The translations under genes and the position numbers were made by a program. A DNA stretch of 64,000 nucleotides from Acidimicrobiales bacterium (GTDB lineage: Bacteria > Actinomycetota > Acidimicrobiia > Acidimicrobiales > JAJPHE01), in NCBI GenBank assembly GCA_035695125.1, contig DASSEU010000051.1:197823-261822 (forward strand). Reading direction: 5' to 3'. The notes under the pieces are model-generated. The model was not told where the DNA came from. It was given only the letters and a program-made list of their open reading frames with translations, and did not search any database. This document shows positions 1-9,866 of the stretch, one piece after another (position 1 is the stretch's first letter; every line of letters begins with the position of its first letter).

Positions 1-1238
1 AGGCACATCGAGCAGCCCGCCTCCCTCCACTCGAAGCCGGCCTCGGAGAACACCCGGTCCAGTCCCTCGGCCTCGGCCTGGGCCTTGACCTGCCGCGAGC
101 CGGGAACGACCAGGGCGCGCAGGCCGGCGCGCACCCGCCGGCCCTCCAGAACGGCGGCGGCGGCCCGGAGATCCTCGATCCGAGAGTTCGTGCAGGAACC
201 GATGAACACCGTGTCGACAGGGACGTCGCGGATGGCGGTACCCGCCGCCAGTCCCATGTAGGTGAGCGCCCGGGCGGCCGCCTCCCGCTCCGAGGGCTCG
301 AGGAACGAGTCGGGATCTGGAACGGCGCCGTCGATCGGCACGACCTGGCCCGGGTTGGTGCCCCACGAGACGTGGGGGACCAGGGCGGCGGCGTCGAGGT
401 CGACCTCCTTGTCGAAAGTGGCGCCCGCGTCAGTGGCCAGCGAGCGCCATTCATCGAGGGCGGCCTCCCACGCCTTGCCCGCCGGCGCGTAGGGACGACC
501 CTCGATGTAGGCGAACGTCGTGTCGTCGGGGGCGATCATGCCGGCGCGCGCCCCGCCCTCGATGCTCATGTTGCACACCGTCATCCGGCCCTCCATGGAC
601 AGAGCGCGGATGGCCGACCCGCGGTACTCGATGACGTAGCCCATGCCGCCACCCGTGCCGATGCGCCCGATGACGGCCAGGATCACGTCCTTGGCGGTCA
701 CGCCGGGGGGCAGGTCCCCCTCCACGGTCACGGCCATGGTCCCGGGCCGGCGCTGGGGGAGGGTCTGGGTGGCCAGGACGTGTTCGACCTCGCTCGTCCC
801 GATCCCGAATGCCAGCGCCCCGAAGGCGCCGTGGGTCGAGGTATGGCTGTCCCCGCACACGACGGTCATCCCCGGCTGGGTGAGACCGAGCTCCGGCCCC
901 ATCACGTGGACGATCCCCTGACGGGCGTGGCCCATCGGGTAGACGGTGATGCCGAACTCGGCGCAGTTGGCGGCCAGCACCTCGAGCTGCCGGGCCGAGA
1001 CCGGGTCGGCCACGGGCTTGTCGATGTCGGTCGTCGGCACGTTGTGGTCGGCGGTGGCCACGGTCAGGTCCGGGCGGCGCACCGTGCGTCCCGCCATCCG
1101 CAGGCCGTCGAAGGCCTGCGGGGAGGTGACCTCGTGGACGAGGTGGAGGTCGATGTACAGGACGTCGGGCTCTCCCGCGGCGGTGTGGACCACGTGGCGG
1201 TCCCAGACCTTCTCGGAAAGGGTGCGGGGGGAGGTCAT
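1..1238 (-). CDS. leuC: 3-isopropylmalate dehydratase large subunit (aconitase family). The start codon is in the window; the 3' end of the gene runs off the left window edge.
   Basis: Reverse-strand translation begins [43 protein letters not shown]. It contains the [32 protein letters not shown] and [12 protein letters not shown] aconitase-family motifs. It is absent from the ORF track because no stop codon falls inside the window. Confidence 0.85.
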   Translation of the reverse strand, partial: MTSPRTLSEKVWDRHVVHTAAGEPDVLYIDLHLVHEVTSPQAFDGLRMAGRTVRRPDLTVATADHNVPTTDIDKPVADPVSARQLEVLAANCAEFGITVYPMGHARQGIVHVMGPELGLTQPGMTVVCGDSHTSTHGAFGALAFGIGTSEVEHVLATQTLPQRRPGTMAVTVEGDLPPGVTAKDVILAVIGRIGTGGGMGYVIEYRGSAIRALSMEGRMTVCNMSIEGGARAGMIAPDDTTFAYIEGRPYAPAGKAWEAALDEWRSLATDAGATFDKEVDLDAAALVPHVSWGTNPGQVVPIDGAVPDPDSFLEPSEREAAARALTYMGLAAGTAIRDVPVDTVFIGSCTNSRIEDLRAAAAVLEGRRVRAGLRALVVPGSRQVKAQAEAEGLDRVFSEAGFEWREAGCSMC

Positions 1239-1289
1239 GACCGCGCCGTTTCCATCGCGTCCCACATAGTGGGAGTAGCATCCCGTGCC
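1239..1289. promoter_or_regulatory. Divergent intergenic region between leuC and the IclR regulator. Probable shared promoter/operator; in mycobacteria the IclR regulator LtbR controls leuCD.
   Basis: A 51 bp spacer separates divergently transcribed leuC and an IclR-family gene. The regulatory role is inferred from this conserved arrangement; no operator motif was verified. Confidence 0.35.
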
Positions 1290-1967
1290 ATGGAACAGAG
1301 TCTAAGCGGCGTCGGAGTGCTGGACAAGGCCGCCGCCCTGCTGGAGGCCCTGGAGGGCGGCCCCCGCTCCCTGGCGGCGCTGATGGAGGCCACAGGCCTC
1401 CCCCGGGCCACCGCCCACCGCCTCCTCGTGGCGATGGAGGGCCTCGGATGGGTGGGGCGGGGGGACGGCGGCTTCTCCCTCGGCGGCGGGCTGGCCCGGC
1501 TGGGGGCGGCGGCGTTGGCCGGGCCGTCACTGGCCGACGTGGCCCGGCCCGCCCTCGAGGAGCTCCGGGACCGCACCGGGGAGAGCGTGCAGCTGTACCT
1601 GCCCCGCGGCGACCAGAGGGTGTGCGTGCTGGCCCTCGAGTCCCCCCACAGCCTGCGCACGATCGTCCCGGTGGGGGCCGTGCTGCCGATGGACCGGGGG
1701 TCGGCCGGGGCGGTGCTACGGGACGAGGACGGGGCCCGGCGCCGGGGGTGGGCCCAGAGCGTCGAGGAGCGCGAGCTGGGGGTGGCCTCGGTGAGCGCCC
1801 CCGTGCGCTCCGAGTCCGGTCGGGTGGCGGCCGCAGTCTCCGTCTCGGGGCCGTTGGAGCGGACGAGCCGGAGCCCGGGCCGGCGCTACGCCGGCGCCGT
1901 GGTGGAGGCGGCGCGGCGGGTCGAGGAGGGGCTGTGGGGCGGGGCCCCCTCCCCGCCGGCCGGCTAG
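1290..1967 (+). CDS. IclR-family transcriptional regulator (LtbR-like leucine regulon regulator)
   Basis: ATG at 1290, in frame inside track ORF 372..1967. Translation is [55 protein letters not shown]..., an N-terminal IclR HTH plus a C-terminal effector domain. It is divergent from leuC. Confidence 0.8.
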   Translation: MEQSLSGVGVLDKAAALLEALEGGPRSLAALMEATGLPRATAHRLLVAMEGLGWVGRGDGGFSLGGGLARLGAAALAGPSLADVARPALEELRDRTGESVQLYLPRGDQRVCVLALESPHSLRTIVPVGAVLPMDRGSAGAVLRDEDGARRRGWAQSVEERELGVASVSAPVRSESGRVAAAVSVSGPLERTSRSPGRRYAGAVVEAARRVEEGLWGGAPSPPAG

Positions 1968-2437
1968 GCCCCGACCTTGACGATCGCGACCTTGAGCTTG
2001 CCGCTGGGCGCCTCGTACTCCACGGTCTCCCCGGCCGAGCGCCCCAGCAGGGCCTGCCCGAGGGGCGAGTTCGGGGAGATCACCGACAGCTCGTCGTGGC
2101 GCTCCTCGATGGAGCCGATCAGGAAGCGCTCCACGTCGTCATCCCCCTCGTACCGGAGGGACACGACGGTGCCGGCCCCCACTGTCGAGGCGCTGCCGGC
2201 CGCCGTCTCGTCGACCACGACCGCCGAGCGCAGGGTGGCCTCGAGCTGGCGGATCCGGGCCTCCATCTTCCCCTGGTCGTCCTTGGCGGCGTGGTAGTCC
2301 CCGTTCTCGGAGAGGTCCCCGAGGGCCCGGGCCGCCTCGATGCGGCGGGCAACCTCCACCCGCCCCCTGGTGGTGAGGTCCTCGAGCTCGGCCCGGAGCC
2401 GCTCGAAGGTGGTCTGGGTGAGGTGGGTCTCGCTCAC
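1964..2437 (-). CDS. greA: Transcription elongation factor GreA
   Basis: VSETHLTQTTFERLRAELEDLTTRGRVEVARRIEAARALGDLSENGDYHAAKDDQGKMEARIRQLE...[11 protein letters not shown]. Inferred GTG start at 2437 inside the longer track ORF 1964..2632. The stop overlaps the stop of the convergent IclR gene (ctag at 1964..1967). Confidence 0.85.
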   Translation of the reverse strand: MSETHLTQTTFERLRAELEDLTTRGRVEVARRIEAARALGDLSENGDYHAAKDDQGKMEARIRQLEATLRSAVVVDETAAGSASTVGAGTVVSLRYEGDDDVERFLIGSIEERHDELSVISPNSPLGQALLGRSAGETVEYEAPSGKLKVAIVKVGA

Positions 2438-2672
2438 CCCACCCAAGCTATCGGCGCCGGGAAAAGCGAGCGGCCGAGTGGTCCCATTTGCGTGGCGTAG
2501 TTGACGAATCCGTCCCGGACGGCGACACTGGAGGCGATGCGCAACGCCTCCAGCCAGGTAATCGTCATCGTGTAGCGCACGCCGACATCCGGTGTGCGCC
2601 TTCGGCCGTCCACTTGGTGGGCGGCTTTTCATTTGTCGGCACGAAGGGCCCTCCGGGGCCAGGGAGAGGGCA

Positions 2673-3683
2673 GTGGGCAGCTACAGGGTGGCCGTGATCG
2701 GCGGGGATGGGATCGGCCCCGAGGTCCTTGCCGAGGCGCTGAAGGTGGTGTCCGCCGCCGGGGTGGCCCTCGACACGGTGGGCTACGACCTCGGCGCCGA
2801 CCGCTACGTCCGAACGGGGGAGGTGCTGCCCGACGCCGTGCTCGAGGAACTGCGGGGCTTCGACGCCATCCTCCTCGGAGCGGTGGGCCCACCGATCGGC
2901 AGCACCGCCGTCCCCCCGGGCGCCCTCGAGCGCGGTCTGCTCCTGCGGCTGCGCTTCGAGCTTGATCTGTACGTCAACCTGCGCCCGTTCAACGGAGCCG
3001 GTCCCGGCGGGGAGGTGGACCTGGCGGTGGTGCGGGAGAACACAGAGGGCACCTATGCCGGGGAGGGCGGCTTCCTTCGCCGCGGCACGCCCCACGAGGT
3101 AGCCACCCAGGGGTCGGTGAACACCCGCTTCGGGGTCGAGCGCTGCCTCCGGTTCGCCTTCGAGCTGGCCCGCGGCCGCGCCCGCCGCCACCTCACGCTC
3201 GTGCACAAGACCAACGTGCTCACCTTTGCCGGGGACCTGTGGCAGCGCAGCTTCGACGCCGTGGCCGGTGACTACCAGGACGTCGCCACCGCCTACAACC
3301 ACGTCGACGCGGCGTGCATCTACCTGGTCGAGGCGCCCGCCCGCTACGACGTGATCGTGACCGACAACCTCTTCGGGGACATCCTCACCGATCTGGCCGG
3401 TGCCGTGTCCGGCGGTATCGGGTTGGCCGCCTCGGCCAATCTCAACCCCGCCCGGACCGGGCCGTCGCTGTTCGAGCCGGTGCACGGGGCCGCCCACGAC
3501 ATCGTCGGAACGGGCCGGGCCAACCCGCTGGCCGCCATCCGCTCGGCGGCGCTGATGCTGGACCACCTGGGTGAGCCGGATGCCGGCGCCCGGATCACCA
3601 AGGCCGTGCTCGAGTGCGCCCGCACCGTGCCGGCGGCGGCCATCACCAATGAGATAGGCGACCTCGTCGCAGAAAGGGTCTGA
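2673..3683 (+). CDS. leuB: 3-isopropylmalate dehydrogenase
   Basis: [18 protein letters not shown]...NLRPF...[17 protein letters not shown]...HKTNVL...[31 protein letters not shown]...[12 protein letters not shown], the isocitrate/isopropylmalate dehydrogenase family. Inferred GTG start at 2673, in frame inside track ORF 2592..3683. Confidence 0.85.
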   Translation: MGSYRVAVIGGDGIGPEVLAEALKVVSAAGVALDTVGYDLGADRYVRTGEVLPDAVLEELRGFDAILLGAVGPPIGSTAVPPGALERGLLLRLRFELDLYVNLRPFNGAGPGGEVDLAVVRENTEGTYAGEGGFLRRGTPHEVATQGSVNTRFGVERCLRFAFELARGRARRHLTLVHKTNVLTFAGDLWQRSFDAVAGDYQDVATAYNHVDAACIYLVEAPARYDVIVTDNLFGDILTDLAGAVSGGIGLAASANLNPARTGPSLFEPVHGAAHDIVGTGRANPLAAIRSAALMLDHLGEPDAGARITKAVLECARTVPAAAITNEIGDLVAERV

Positions 3684-3684
3684 G

Positions 3685-4608
3685 ATGCCGATCACCAAGG
3701 CCGAGAAGGTGTGGATGGACGGGGAGCTGGTGGACTGGGACCAGGCCAACGTCCACGTCCTCACCCACTCCCTGCACTACGGCCTGGGTGTCTTCGAGGG
3801 CATCCGCGCCTACTCGACGTCCCAGGGGCCGGCCGTGTTCCGCCTCACCGACCACATCCGCCGTCTGTACACGTCGGCCAAGATCTTCCTGATCGACATC
3901 CCCTATGCGCCCGAGGCGCTGGTGGAGGCGACCAAGGAGACGGTGCGGGTCAACGGGCTGGATTCGTGCTACATCCGGCCCATCGCCTTCCTCGGCTACG
4001 GGGAGATGGGGCTCAATCCGCTGCCGTGCCAGGTCAACGTGGCCATAGCCGTGTGGCCGTGGGGTGCCTACCTCGGGGAGGAAAGCCTCACTTCCGGCGT
4101 GCGGATGAAGATCAGCTCGTGGCAGCGCCACGATCCCAACGCCGTCCCGCCGGCGGCCAAGGGCACCGGCATGTACATCAACTCGTGCCTGGCCAAGGTG
4201 GAGGCGCTCAAGGCCGGCTACGACGAGGCGATCCTCCTGTCCCCGCAGGGCTACGTCAGCGAGTGCACCGGGGAGAACCTGTTCATCGTGCGGGACGGGA
4301 AGCTGATCACCCCGCCGGTGGCGGCGGGGGCCCTCGAGGGCATCACCCAGGCGTCGGTGCTGACGATCGCCCGCGACCTGGGCTACGAGGTCGAGGCGGC
4401 CAACATCCTCCGCTCCGACCTCTACACCGCCGACGAGGCGTTCCTGTCGGGCACCGCCGCCGAGGTGGTGCCGATCCGGTCCGTGGACGACCGCATCGTC
4501 GGCAGCGGGGAGCCGGGCCCGGTGACCCGGAAGGTGCAGGAGGTGTACTTCGCCGCCGTCCGCGGAGAGGTCGACCGGTACAAGGACTGGGTCGAACATG
4601 TCCGGTAG
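3685..4608 (+). CDS. ilvE: Branched-chain amino acid aminotransferase (class IV PLP enzyme)
   Basis: MPITKAEKVWMDGELVDWDQANVHVLTHSLHYGLGVFEGIRAY...GTGMYINSCLAKVEALKAGYDEAILL. Only 1 nt separates it from the leuB stop. Confidence 0.85.
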   Translation: MPITKAEKVWMDGELVDWDQANVHVLTHSLHYGLGVFEGIRAYSTSQGPAVFRLTDHIRRLYTSAKIFLIDIPYAPEALVEATKETVRVNGLDSCYIRPIAFLGYGEMGLNPLPCQVNVAIAVWPWGAYLGEESLTSGVRMKISSWQRHDPNAVPPAAKGTGMYINSCLAKVEALKAGYDEAILLSPQGYVSECTGENLFIVRDGKLITPPVAAGALEGITQASVLTIARDLGYEVEAANILRSDLYTADEAFLSGTAAEVVPIRSVDDRIVGSGEPGPVTRKVQEVYFAAVRGEVDRYKDWVEHVR

Positions 4609-6241
4609 TCGGCACGCCCACGCCCCGGTGGTGGGCGCAGGCCTGGAGCTGCCCGCCTCCGTCGACGTCTACGACACCACCCTTCGCGACGGCAGCCAGC
4701 AGGAGGGGCTCTCGCTGTCGGTGGACGACAAGCTGCGGGTGGCGGAGCAGCTCGATCACCTGGGCGTCGCCTACATCGAGGGGGGATGGCCGGGCGCCAA
4801 CCCGAAGGACGCCGAGTTCTTCCGGCGGGCGCCGCGGGAGCTCAACCTGCACACGGCCACGCTGGTGGCGTTCGGCTCCACCCGGCGGGCCGGGGCCAAG
4901 GCCGAGGAGGACGAGACCCTCCGCAACCTGCTGGAGGCCGGCACCCCCGCGGTATGCCTGGTCGGCAAGTCGTGGGACTACCACGTCACCGAGGCGCTGC
5001 GCACCACCCTCGACGAGGGGGTACGGATGGTGGCGGACTCCATCGCCTATCTGCGGGGGCGGGGCCTCCGGGTGTTCTTCGACGCCGAGCACTTCTTCGA
5101 CGGCTACAGGCGCAACCCGGAGTACGCGTCCCTCATCCTCCGGGCCGCGGAGGAGGCGGGGGCCGAGACCCTCGTGCTGTGCGACACCAACGGTGGGACC
5201 CTGCCCCACGAGGTCGAGTCCGTCCTGGCCGACATCGTCCCCCGCGCCACCGCCCAGGTGGGGGTGCACTTCCACAACGACGGCGGCTGCGCCGTGGCCA
5301 ACACCCTGACCGGAGTGCGCATGGGTGCCACCCAGGTGCAGGGTTGCATCAACGGCTACGGGGAGCGAACGGGCAACGCCGACCTGTCGGCCGCCATCCC
5401 GAACCTGTCGCTCAAGATGGGGGTCCGCACCATCGAGCCGGAGCGCATGGAGCGGCTGACGGCGGTGTCCCACCACATTGCGGAGCTGGTGAACATCAGC
5501 CCCAATCCTCAGCAGCCCTATGTGGGCACGTCCGCGTTCGCGCACAAGGCCGGCCTGCACACCAGCGCCATAGCCCGTAGCCGCGACGCCTACGAGCACG
5601 TGTCCCCTGACGCGGTGGGGAACGGGACCCGCTTCGTGGTCTCGGAGATGGCGGGGCGCTCCACCCTCCTGCTGAAGGCCGAGGAGCTGGGTCTCGACCT
5701 GGAGGGGGCGGCACTGGGGGACGTCCTCGAGACGCTCAAGGACCTCGAGCACCGCGGCTACCACTTCGAGGCGGCCGACGGCTCCCTCGAGCTGCTCATG
5801 CGCCGTTCCACCGGCTGGAAGCAGGACTTCTTCCGGCTGGAGTCGTTCCGGGTGATCACCGAGCACCGCAGCGTCGATGCCGGCGGGGCGCTCGGTGACG
5901 ACGGAGAGGTCATCACTGAAGCGACGATCAAGGTATGGGTGGGGGACGAGCGGATCGTGGCCACGGCCGAGGGCAACGGACCGGTCAACGCCCTCGACGG
6001 CGCCCTCCGGCAGGCGGTGGGGGACCGCTACCCGTCGCTCACCCGGGTGCATCTCACCGACTACCGCGTCCGTGTCCTGGACACCAGCAAGGGGACAGGC
6101 GCCGCGACCCGGGTGCTCCTCGACAGCACCAACGGGGAGCGGACGTGGTCGAGCATCGGCGTGTCCGAGAACATCATCGAGGCCTCGTGGTGGGCCCTGG
6201 TCGACTCGATCGTCTACGGTCTCCTGCACACCCCGGAGTAG
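4598..6241 (+). CDS. cimA: (R)-citramalate synthase / 2-isopropylmalate synthase family (LeuA-like). A ~545 aa form typical of CimA.
   Basis: VYDTTLRDGSQQEGLSLSVDDKLRVAEQLDHLGVAYIEGGWPGANPKD...HFHNDGGCAVANTLTGVRMGATQVQGCINGYGERTGNADL is a DRE-TIM metallolyase domain, and a LeuA-dimer-like C-terminal domain follows. It overlaps the ilvE stop by 11 nt. Confidence 0.8.
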   Translation: MSGSRHAHAPVVGAGLELPASVDVYDTTLRDGSQQEGLSLSVDDKLRVAEQLDHLGVAYIEGGWPGANPKDAEFFRRAPRELNLHTATLVAFGSTRRAGAKAEEDETLRNLLEAGTPAVCLVGKSWDYHVTEALRTTLDEGVRMVADSIAYLRGRGLRVFFDAEHFFDGYRRNPEYASLILRAAEEAGAETLVLCDTNGGTLPHEVESVLADIVPRATAQVGVHFHNDGGCAVANTLTGVRMGATQVQGCINGYGERTGNADLSAAIPNLSLKMGVRTIEPERMERLTAVSHHIAELVNISPNPQQPYVGTSAFAHKAGLHTSAIARSRDAYEHVSPDAVGNGTRFVVSEMAGRSTLLLKAEELGLDLEGAALGDVLETLKDLEHRGYHFEAADGSLELLMRRSTGWKQDFFRLESFRVITEHRSVDAGGALGDDGEVITEATIKVWVGDERIVATAEGNGPVNALDGALRQAVGDRYPSLTRVHLTDYRVRVLDTSKGTGAATRVLLDSTNGERTWSSIGVSENIIEASWWALVDSIVYGLLHTPE

Positions 6242-6278
6242 CGACCGGAAGAGTCACAGCCAGCCGGAAGAGAGCACT

Positions 6279-6791
6279 GTGCCCCAGCCCGAGTACGTGC
6301 CGGTCCGAGCGACCGACGAGGTCCGTCCCGTGGAGCGCCTGCCCGCCCCTCGGCGCTGGAAGCCCGACCGCCCCGCCGACTTCCGTCCCGGCCCCCGGTC
6401 CGAGGGCCGGGGCCTGGGCACGCCCGGGCCCGACCAGGGCTACGGCCTGCTCCTGGCCCGGCGCTTCGCCGGCCGGCTCGAGCTCACCCCCGGGGAGTCC
6501 GAGCACGACGCCATGGCAGGGGGGGTGGCGGTGGCACTCAAGCGGGCGGCCGTGTTCGGGCGGGCGCCGGTGCTGGCCGACCTGGAGCTGGCCTTCACCC
6601 TGTTCGGCTTCCTCGGTGACGGTCCCGAGGATCTGGTCGAGGGGCGCCGGGAGATCTTTGCCGGCGCCGGGCACCACTACTGGCAGACCCGCTGGATAGC
6701 CGACCGCGTCCCCGAGGCGACGCTGCGGCTCACCCCGGCCCGGGTGCGGGAGCGCCTGGGCTCGTGGCGGGAGCTGATGACTGAGGGCTAG
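6279..6791 (+). CDS. Hypothetical protein (~170 aa)
   Basis: Inferred GTG at 6279, just after the cimA stop, in frame inside track ORF 5877..6791. Codon third positions are strongly GC-rich. No family recognised. Confidence 0.45.
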   Translation: MPQPEYVPVRATDEVRPVERLPAPRRWKPDRPADFRPGPRSEGRGLGTPGPDQGYGLLLARRFAGRLELTPGESEHDAMAGGVAVALKRAAVFGRAPVLADLELAFTLFGFLGDGPEDLVEGRREIFAGAGHHYWQTRWIADRVPEATLRLTPARVRERLGSWRELMTEG

Positions 6792-7416
6792 CGGTCTCGG
6801 CCTGCTGGGCCGCGTCCCCGCGCCACGGCCCCACCGCCGAGGCCAGCATGGCGGAGTTGGGAATGTTGAGGGGGAGGCCGTCGCTCTCCAAGGTGACGTA
6901 GGTCAGCCCGATCCCGGTCACGACGCCGTCGAGAGGCCCGTTCAGCGATCCGCTGCGGATGAAGATGTGGTCCCCGACCGCGAAGGGGCGGACGAACAGC
7001 AGGACCAGCCCGGCGAAGACGTTGCCGAGCACCTGCTGCAGGGCGATGCCGAGGACCACCCCGGTGAGCGCCCCTCCGATCAGGAGGTGCTGGACCTGTA
7101 CGGCCAGGATGTCCAGGCCGACGAAGACCGCCACCACGTAGCCGACGAACGTGACCAGCACCCCGAGGGCCGATGCCGCCGAGGCGCCGGCCCGGGGCGT
7201 CACCACCCGGGACACCTCGGCGGTCACCGCCCGCACCGCCAAGACGGCGAAGACGAGGAACACCGCCGCCCCGACCCACGCGAACAGCTTCTGGCGCAGC
7301 AGGTGGCCGTGGATGTCACCGAGGGTGGTGGCGAGCGTGAGGGCGACCACCGCGCCCGCGGTGAAGACGAGGGTGCGGCCGAGCCGCATCCGGGTCAGCT
7401 GGGGATGTCCGGGCAC
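6730..7416 (-). CDS. Small-conductance mechanosensitive channel (MscS family)
   Basis: TM helices followed by the MscS beta domain: ALQQVLGNVFAGLVLLFVRPFAVGDHIFIRSGSLNGPLDGVVTGIGLTYVTLES. Confidence 0.75.
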   Translation of the reverse strand: MPGHPQLTRMRLGRTLVFTAGAVVALTLATTLGDIHGHLLRQKLFAWVGAAVFLVFAVLAVRAVTAEVSRVVTPRAGASAASALGVLVTFVGYVVAVFVGLDILAVQVQHLLIGGALTGVVLGIALQQVLGNVFAGLVLLFVRPFAVGDHIFIRSGSLNGPLDGVVTGIGLTYVTLESDGLPLNIPNSAMLASAVGPWRGDAAQQAETASPQSSAPATSPGAPAPGPG

Positions 7417-7423
7417 GGGTGGA

Positions 7424-8614
7424 TCAGCTGTGGGGCACCTCGGACCACGGGCGGTCCTTGTCCACGCGGACGTCTCCCGGCAGTCCCAGCACCCGCTCCC
7501 CGAGGATGTTGCGCATGACCTCGGAGGTGCCCCCTTCGATCGAGTTGGCCCGGGCCCGCAGGAACATCTTGTCGATGTCCCGGCCGTAGCCGCCGGCGTC
7601 CTCGGGACGGACCATGGCGTAGGAGCCGTAGAGCATCCCCGCCGGGCCGAGCAGGTCGATGCAGAAGGCGGTGATCTTCTTGTTGAGCTCGGCGTAGGCC
7701 AGCTTCGCCGTCGAACCCTCGGGGCCCGGTGTGCCGAGCTTGCGCGCCTGGGACGCCCGGATGTTGGTGAGCCGGACCGTCTCCGCCTCGATCCACAGCT
7801 TCATCAGCTCGTCTCGCCGGACGGGGTCGGAGTGGCCCTTGTCCTTCCAGATCCGGACAGCCTCTCCGATGAAGCCGCCACCGCGGGGCGTCACGGCCCC
7901 GCCGATCGAGACCCGCTCGTTCATGAGGGTGGTCAGGGCAACGTGCCACCCGGCGCCCACGTCACCGAGGCGCTCGGCGTCGGGGATCCGCACGTCGGTG
8001 AAGTACACCTCGTTGAACTCCGCCTCCCCGGTCATCTGCCGGAGGGGGCGCACCTCGACGCCCGGGCCGTGCATGTCGACCACGAAGTAGGTGAGGCCCC
8101 GGTGCTTGGGGACCTCGGAATCGGTGCGCGCCACCAGCATCCCCCATCGGGCCCGGTGGGCCAGCGTCGTCCAGACCTTCTGGCCGTTCACCACCCACTC
8201 GTCCCCGTCCCGGATGGCCCGGGTCGACAGGCTGGCCACGTCCGAGCCCGCCCCCGGCTCGGAGAACAGCTGGCACCAGATCTCCTCGCACGTGAACAGC
8301 GGACGCAGGTAGCGGCGCTTCTGGTCCTCGCTGCCGTGGGTGAGGACCGTCGGGGCCCCCATGCCGAGCCCGATGGGGTTGCGCATGCCGTTGCTGGGTG
8401 CGCCGGCGCGCCGCAGAGCGCTGTTCGCGATCTCCTGGAGGCCGGGGCTGACCCCGAGGCCGCCGTAGCCCTCCGGGAAGTGCACCCAGGCCAGCCCGTG
8501 GTCGAACTGGGCCCCCCAGAACTCCGCCGGCTGCTCGGTCTTGGGGTCGTGCTCCGAGAGCAGGCGGTCGACCTGGGTCCTGACCAGGTCCTCGGCCGTC
8601 GTGGTGGTGGTCAT
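7424..8614 (-). CDS. Acyl-CoA dehydrogenase (FadE-like)
   Basis: EEIWCQLFSEPGAGSDVASLSTRAIRDGDEWVVNGQKVWTTLAHRARWGMLVARTD...YFVVDMHGPGVEVRPLRQMTGEAEFNEVYFTDVRIP. Paralogous to the ACAD at 56197..57384. Confidence 0.85.
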   Translation of the reverse strand: MTTTTTAEDLVRTQVDRLLSEHDPKTEQPAEFWGAQFDHGLAWVHFPEGYGGLGVSPGLQEIANSALRRAGAPSNGMRNPIGLGMGAPTVLTHGSEDQKRRYLRPLFTCEEIWCQLFSEPGAGSDVASLSTRAIRDGDEWVVNGQKVWTTLAHRARWGMLVARTDSEVPKHRGLTYFVVDMHGPGVEVRPLRQMTGEAEFNEVYFTDVRIPDAERLGDVGAGWHVALTTLMNERVSIGGAVTPRGGGFIGEAVRIWKDKGHSDPVRRDELMKLWIEAETVRLTNIRASQARKLGTPGPEGSTAKLAYAELNKKITAFCIDLLGPAGMLYGSYAMVRPEDAGGYGRDIDKMFLRARANSIEGGTSEVMRNILGERVLGLPGDVRVDKDRPWSEVPHS

Positions 8615-8658
8615 GGCCCCAGAGGCTACCCGGGCGTCCGCCGGGGCAGACTGGGGAC

Positions 8659-9837
8659 ATGCCGCCCGCCGTGCCCGCGCCGAGCCAGCCCATGACCCTT
8701 TCCGACGAGCAGCTCGAGTTCCGCCAGACCATGCGCCAGTTCTGCCTGGAGAGGCTGGCCCCGCGGGCCGCCGAGGTCGATCGGTCCGGCCAGTTCCCCT
8801 GGGACAACTTCAAGGACTGCGTGGCCCTCGAGCTGCCGGCGCTGGGCATTCCCGTCGAGTACGGCGGCGCCGGGGCCGACCACGTGACCCAGGCGATCAT
8901 GGTCGAGGAGATGGCGCGGGTGTGCGGCTCGTCGAGCCTGTTCATCCTGATCTCGAAGCTGTCCATGATACCGGTCATGCGGTGGGGCACCGAGGAGCTG
9001 AAGCGCCGCCACCTGCCCCGGGTGGCGGAGGGGGAGGCCCAGGGCAGCTACTGCCTGTCGGAGGCCGACGCCGGCTCGGACGTGGCCCGGATGAAGACCC
9101 GGGCGGTGCGGGACGGGGACGAGTACGTCATCTCGGGCGCCAAGCACTGGATCACCAACGCCGGCGTCTCGGACACCTACACCGTCTTTGCCAAGACCGA
9201 CCCGTCCGCCGGGCACCGGGGTATCAGCTGCTTCCTCGTCGAGGCGGACAGGGGCGTGCAGGTGGCCAAGCTGGAGGACAAGCTGGGCATGCGCGGCAGT
9301 CCGACGGGTGAGATCGTCTTCGACGACGTGCGGGTCCCGGCCTCCAACCTGATCGGCGAGGAGGGCCGGGGCTTCTACATGGCCATGGCCACCCTGGACC
9401 GCTCCCGGCCCACGATCGGGGCCCAGGCGGTCGGCCTGGCCCAGGGGGCGCTGGACCACGCCATTGAATACCTACAACAGCGCGAGCAGTTCGGCCAGGC
9501 CATTGCCGAGTTCCAGGGGCTGCGCTTCATGGTCGCGGACATGGCCATCCGCATCGAGGCCGCCCGCGCCCTCGTCCATCAGGCGTGCGCAATCGTGGAC
9601 CAGGTCGACGCCGGGGACAGCCGCCACGACCTGACGAGTGTGGGCGCCATGGCCAAGTGCTTCGCATCGGACGTGGCCATGGCGGCCGCCGTCGATGCCG
9701 TGCAGCTGCTCGGTGGAAACGGCTACACCAGGGACTTCCCGGTCGAACGGATCCTGCGCGACGCCAAGGTGACCCAGATCTACGAGGGCACCAATCAGGT
9801 CCAGCGGGTGGTCATCTCCAAGCGGCTTCTCGGCTGA
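8659..9837 (+). CDS. Acyl-CoA dehydrogenase (short/medium-chain type)
   Basis: YCLSEADAGSDVARMKTRAVRDGDEYVISGAKHWITNAGVSD...IYEGTNQVQRVVISKRLLG. Alternative ATG at 8692 (MTLSDEQ). It is divergent from the previous ACAD. Confidence 0.85.
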   Translation: MPPAVPAPSQPMTLSDEQLEFRQTMRQFCLERLAPRAAEVDRSGQFPWDNFKDCVALELPALGIPVEYGGAGADHVTQAIMVEEMARVCGSSSLFILISKLSMIPVMRWGTEELKRRHLPRVAEGEAQGSYCLSEADAGSDVARMKTRAVRDGDEYVISGAKHWITNAGVSDTYTVFAKTDPSAGHRGISCFLVEADRGVQVAKLEDKLGMRGSPTGEIVFDDVRVPASNLIGEEGRGFYMAMATLDRSRPTIGAQAVGLAQGALDHAIEYLQQREQFGQAIAEFQGLRFMVADMAIRIEAARALVHQACAIVDQVDAGDSRHDLTSVGAMAKCFASDVAMAAAVDAVQLLGGNGYTRDFPVERILRDAKVTQIYEGTNQVQRVVISKRLLG

Positions 9838-9866
9838 TCGCCCCGTCGGTGTCCCGGTAGCCTTCG

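Noticed and set aside
372-1530. Long ORFs 372..1967 (+, upstream part), 451..1530 (-) and 643..921 (+) overlapping leuC
   Set aside because: leuC on the minus strand has unambiguous aconitase-family motifs. The others are Arg/Pro/Gly-rich antisense or out-of-frame readings. Only the 3' third of 372..1967 (from the ATG at 1290) is a real IclR gene.
4343-6229. A 628 aa minus-strand ORF
   Set aside because: It is antisense to ilvE/cimA, which are well supported. The composition is Arg/Gly/Pro-rich with no motifs.
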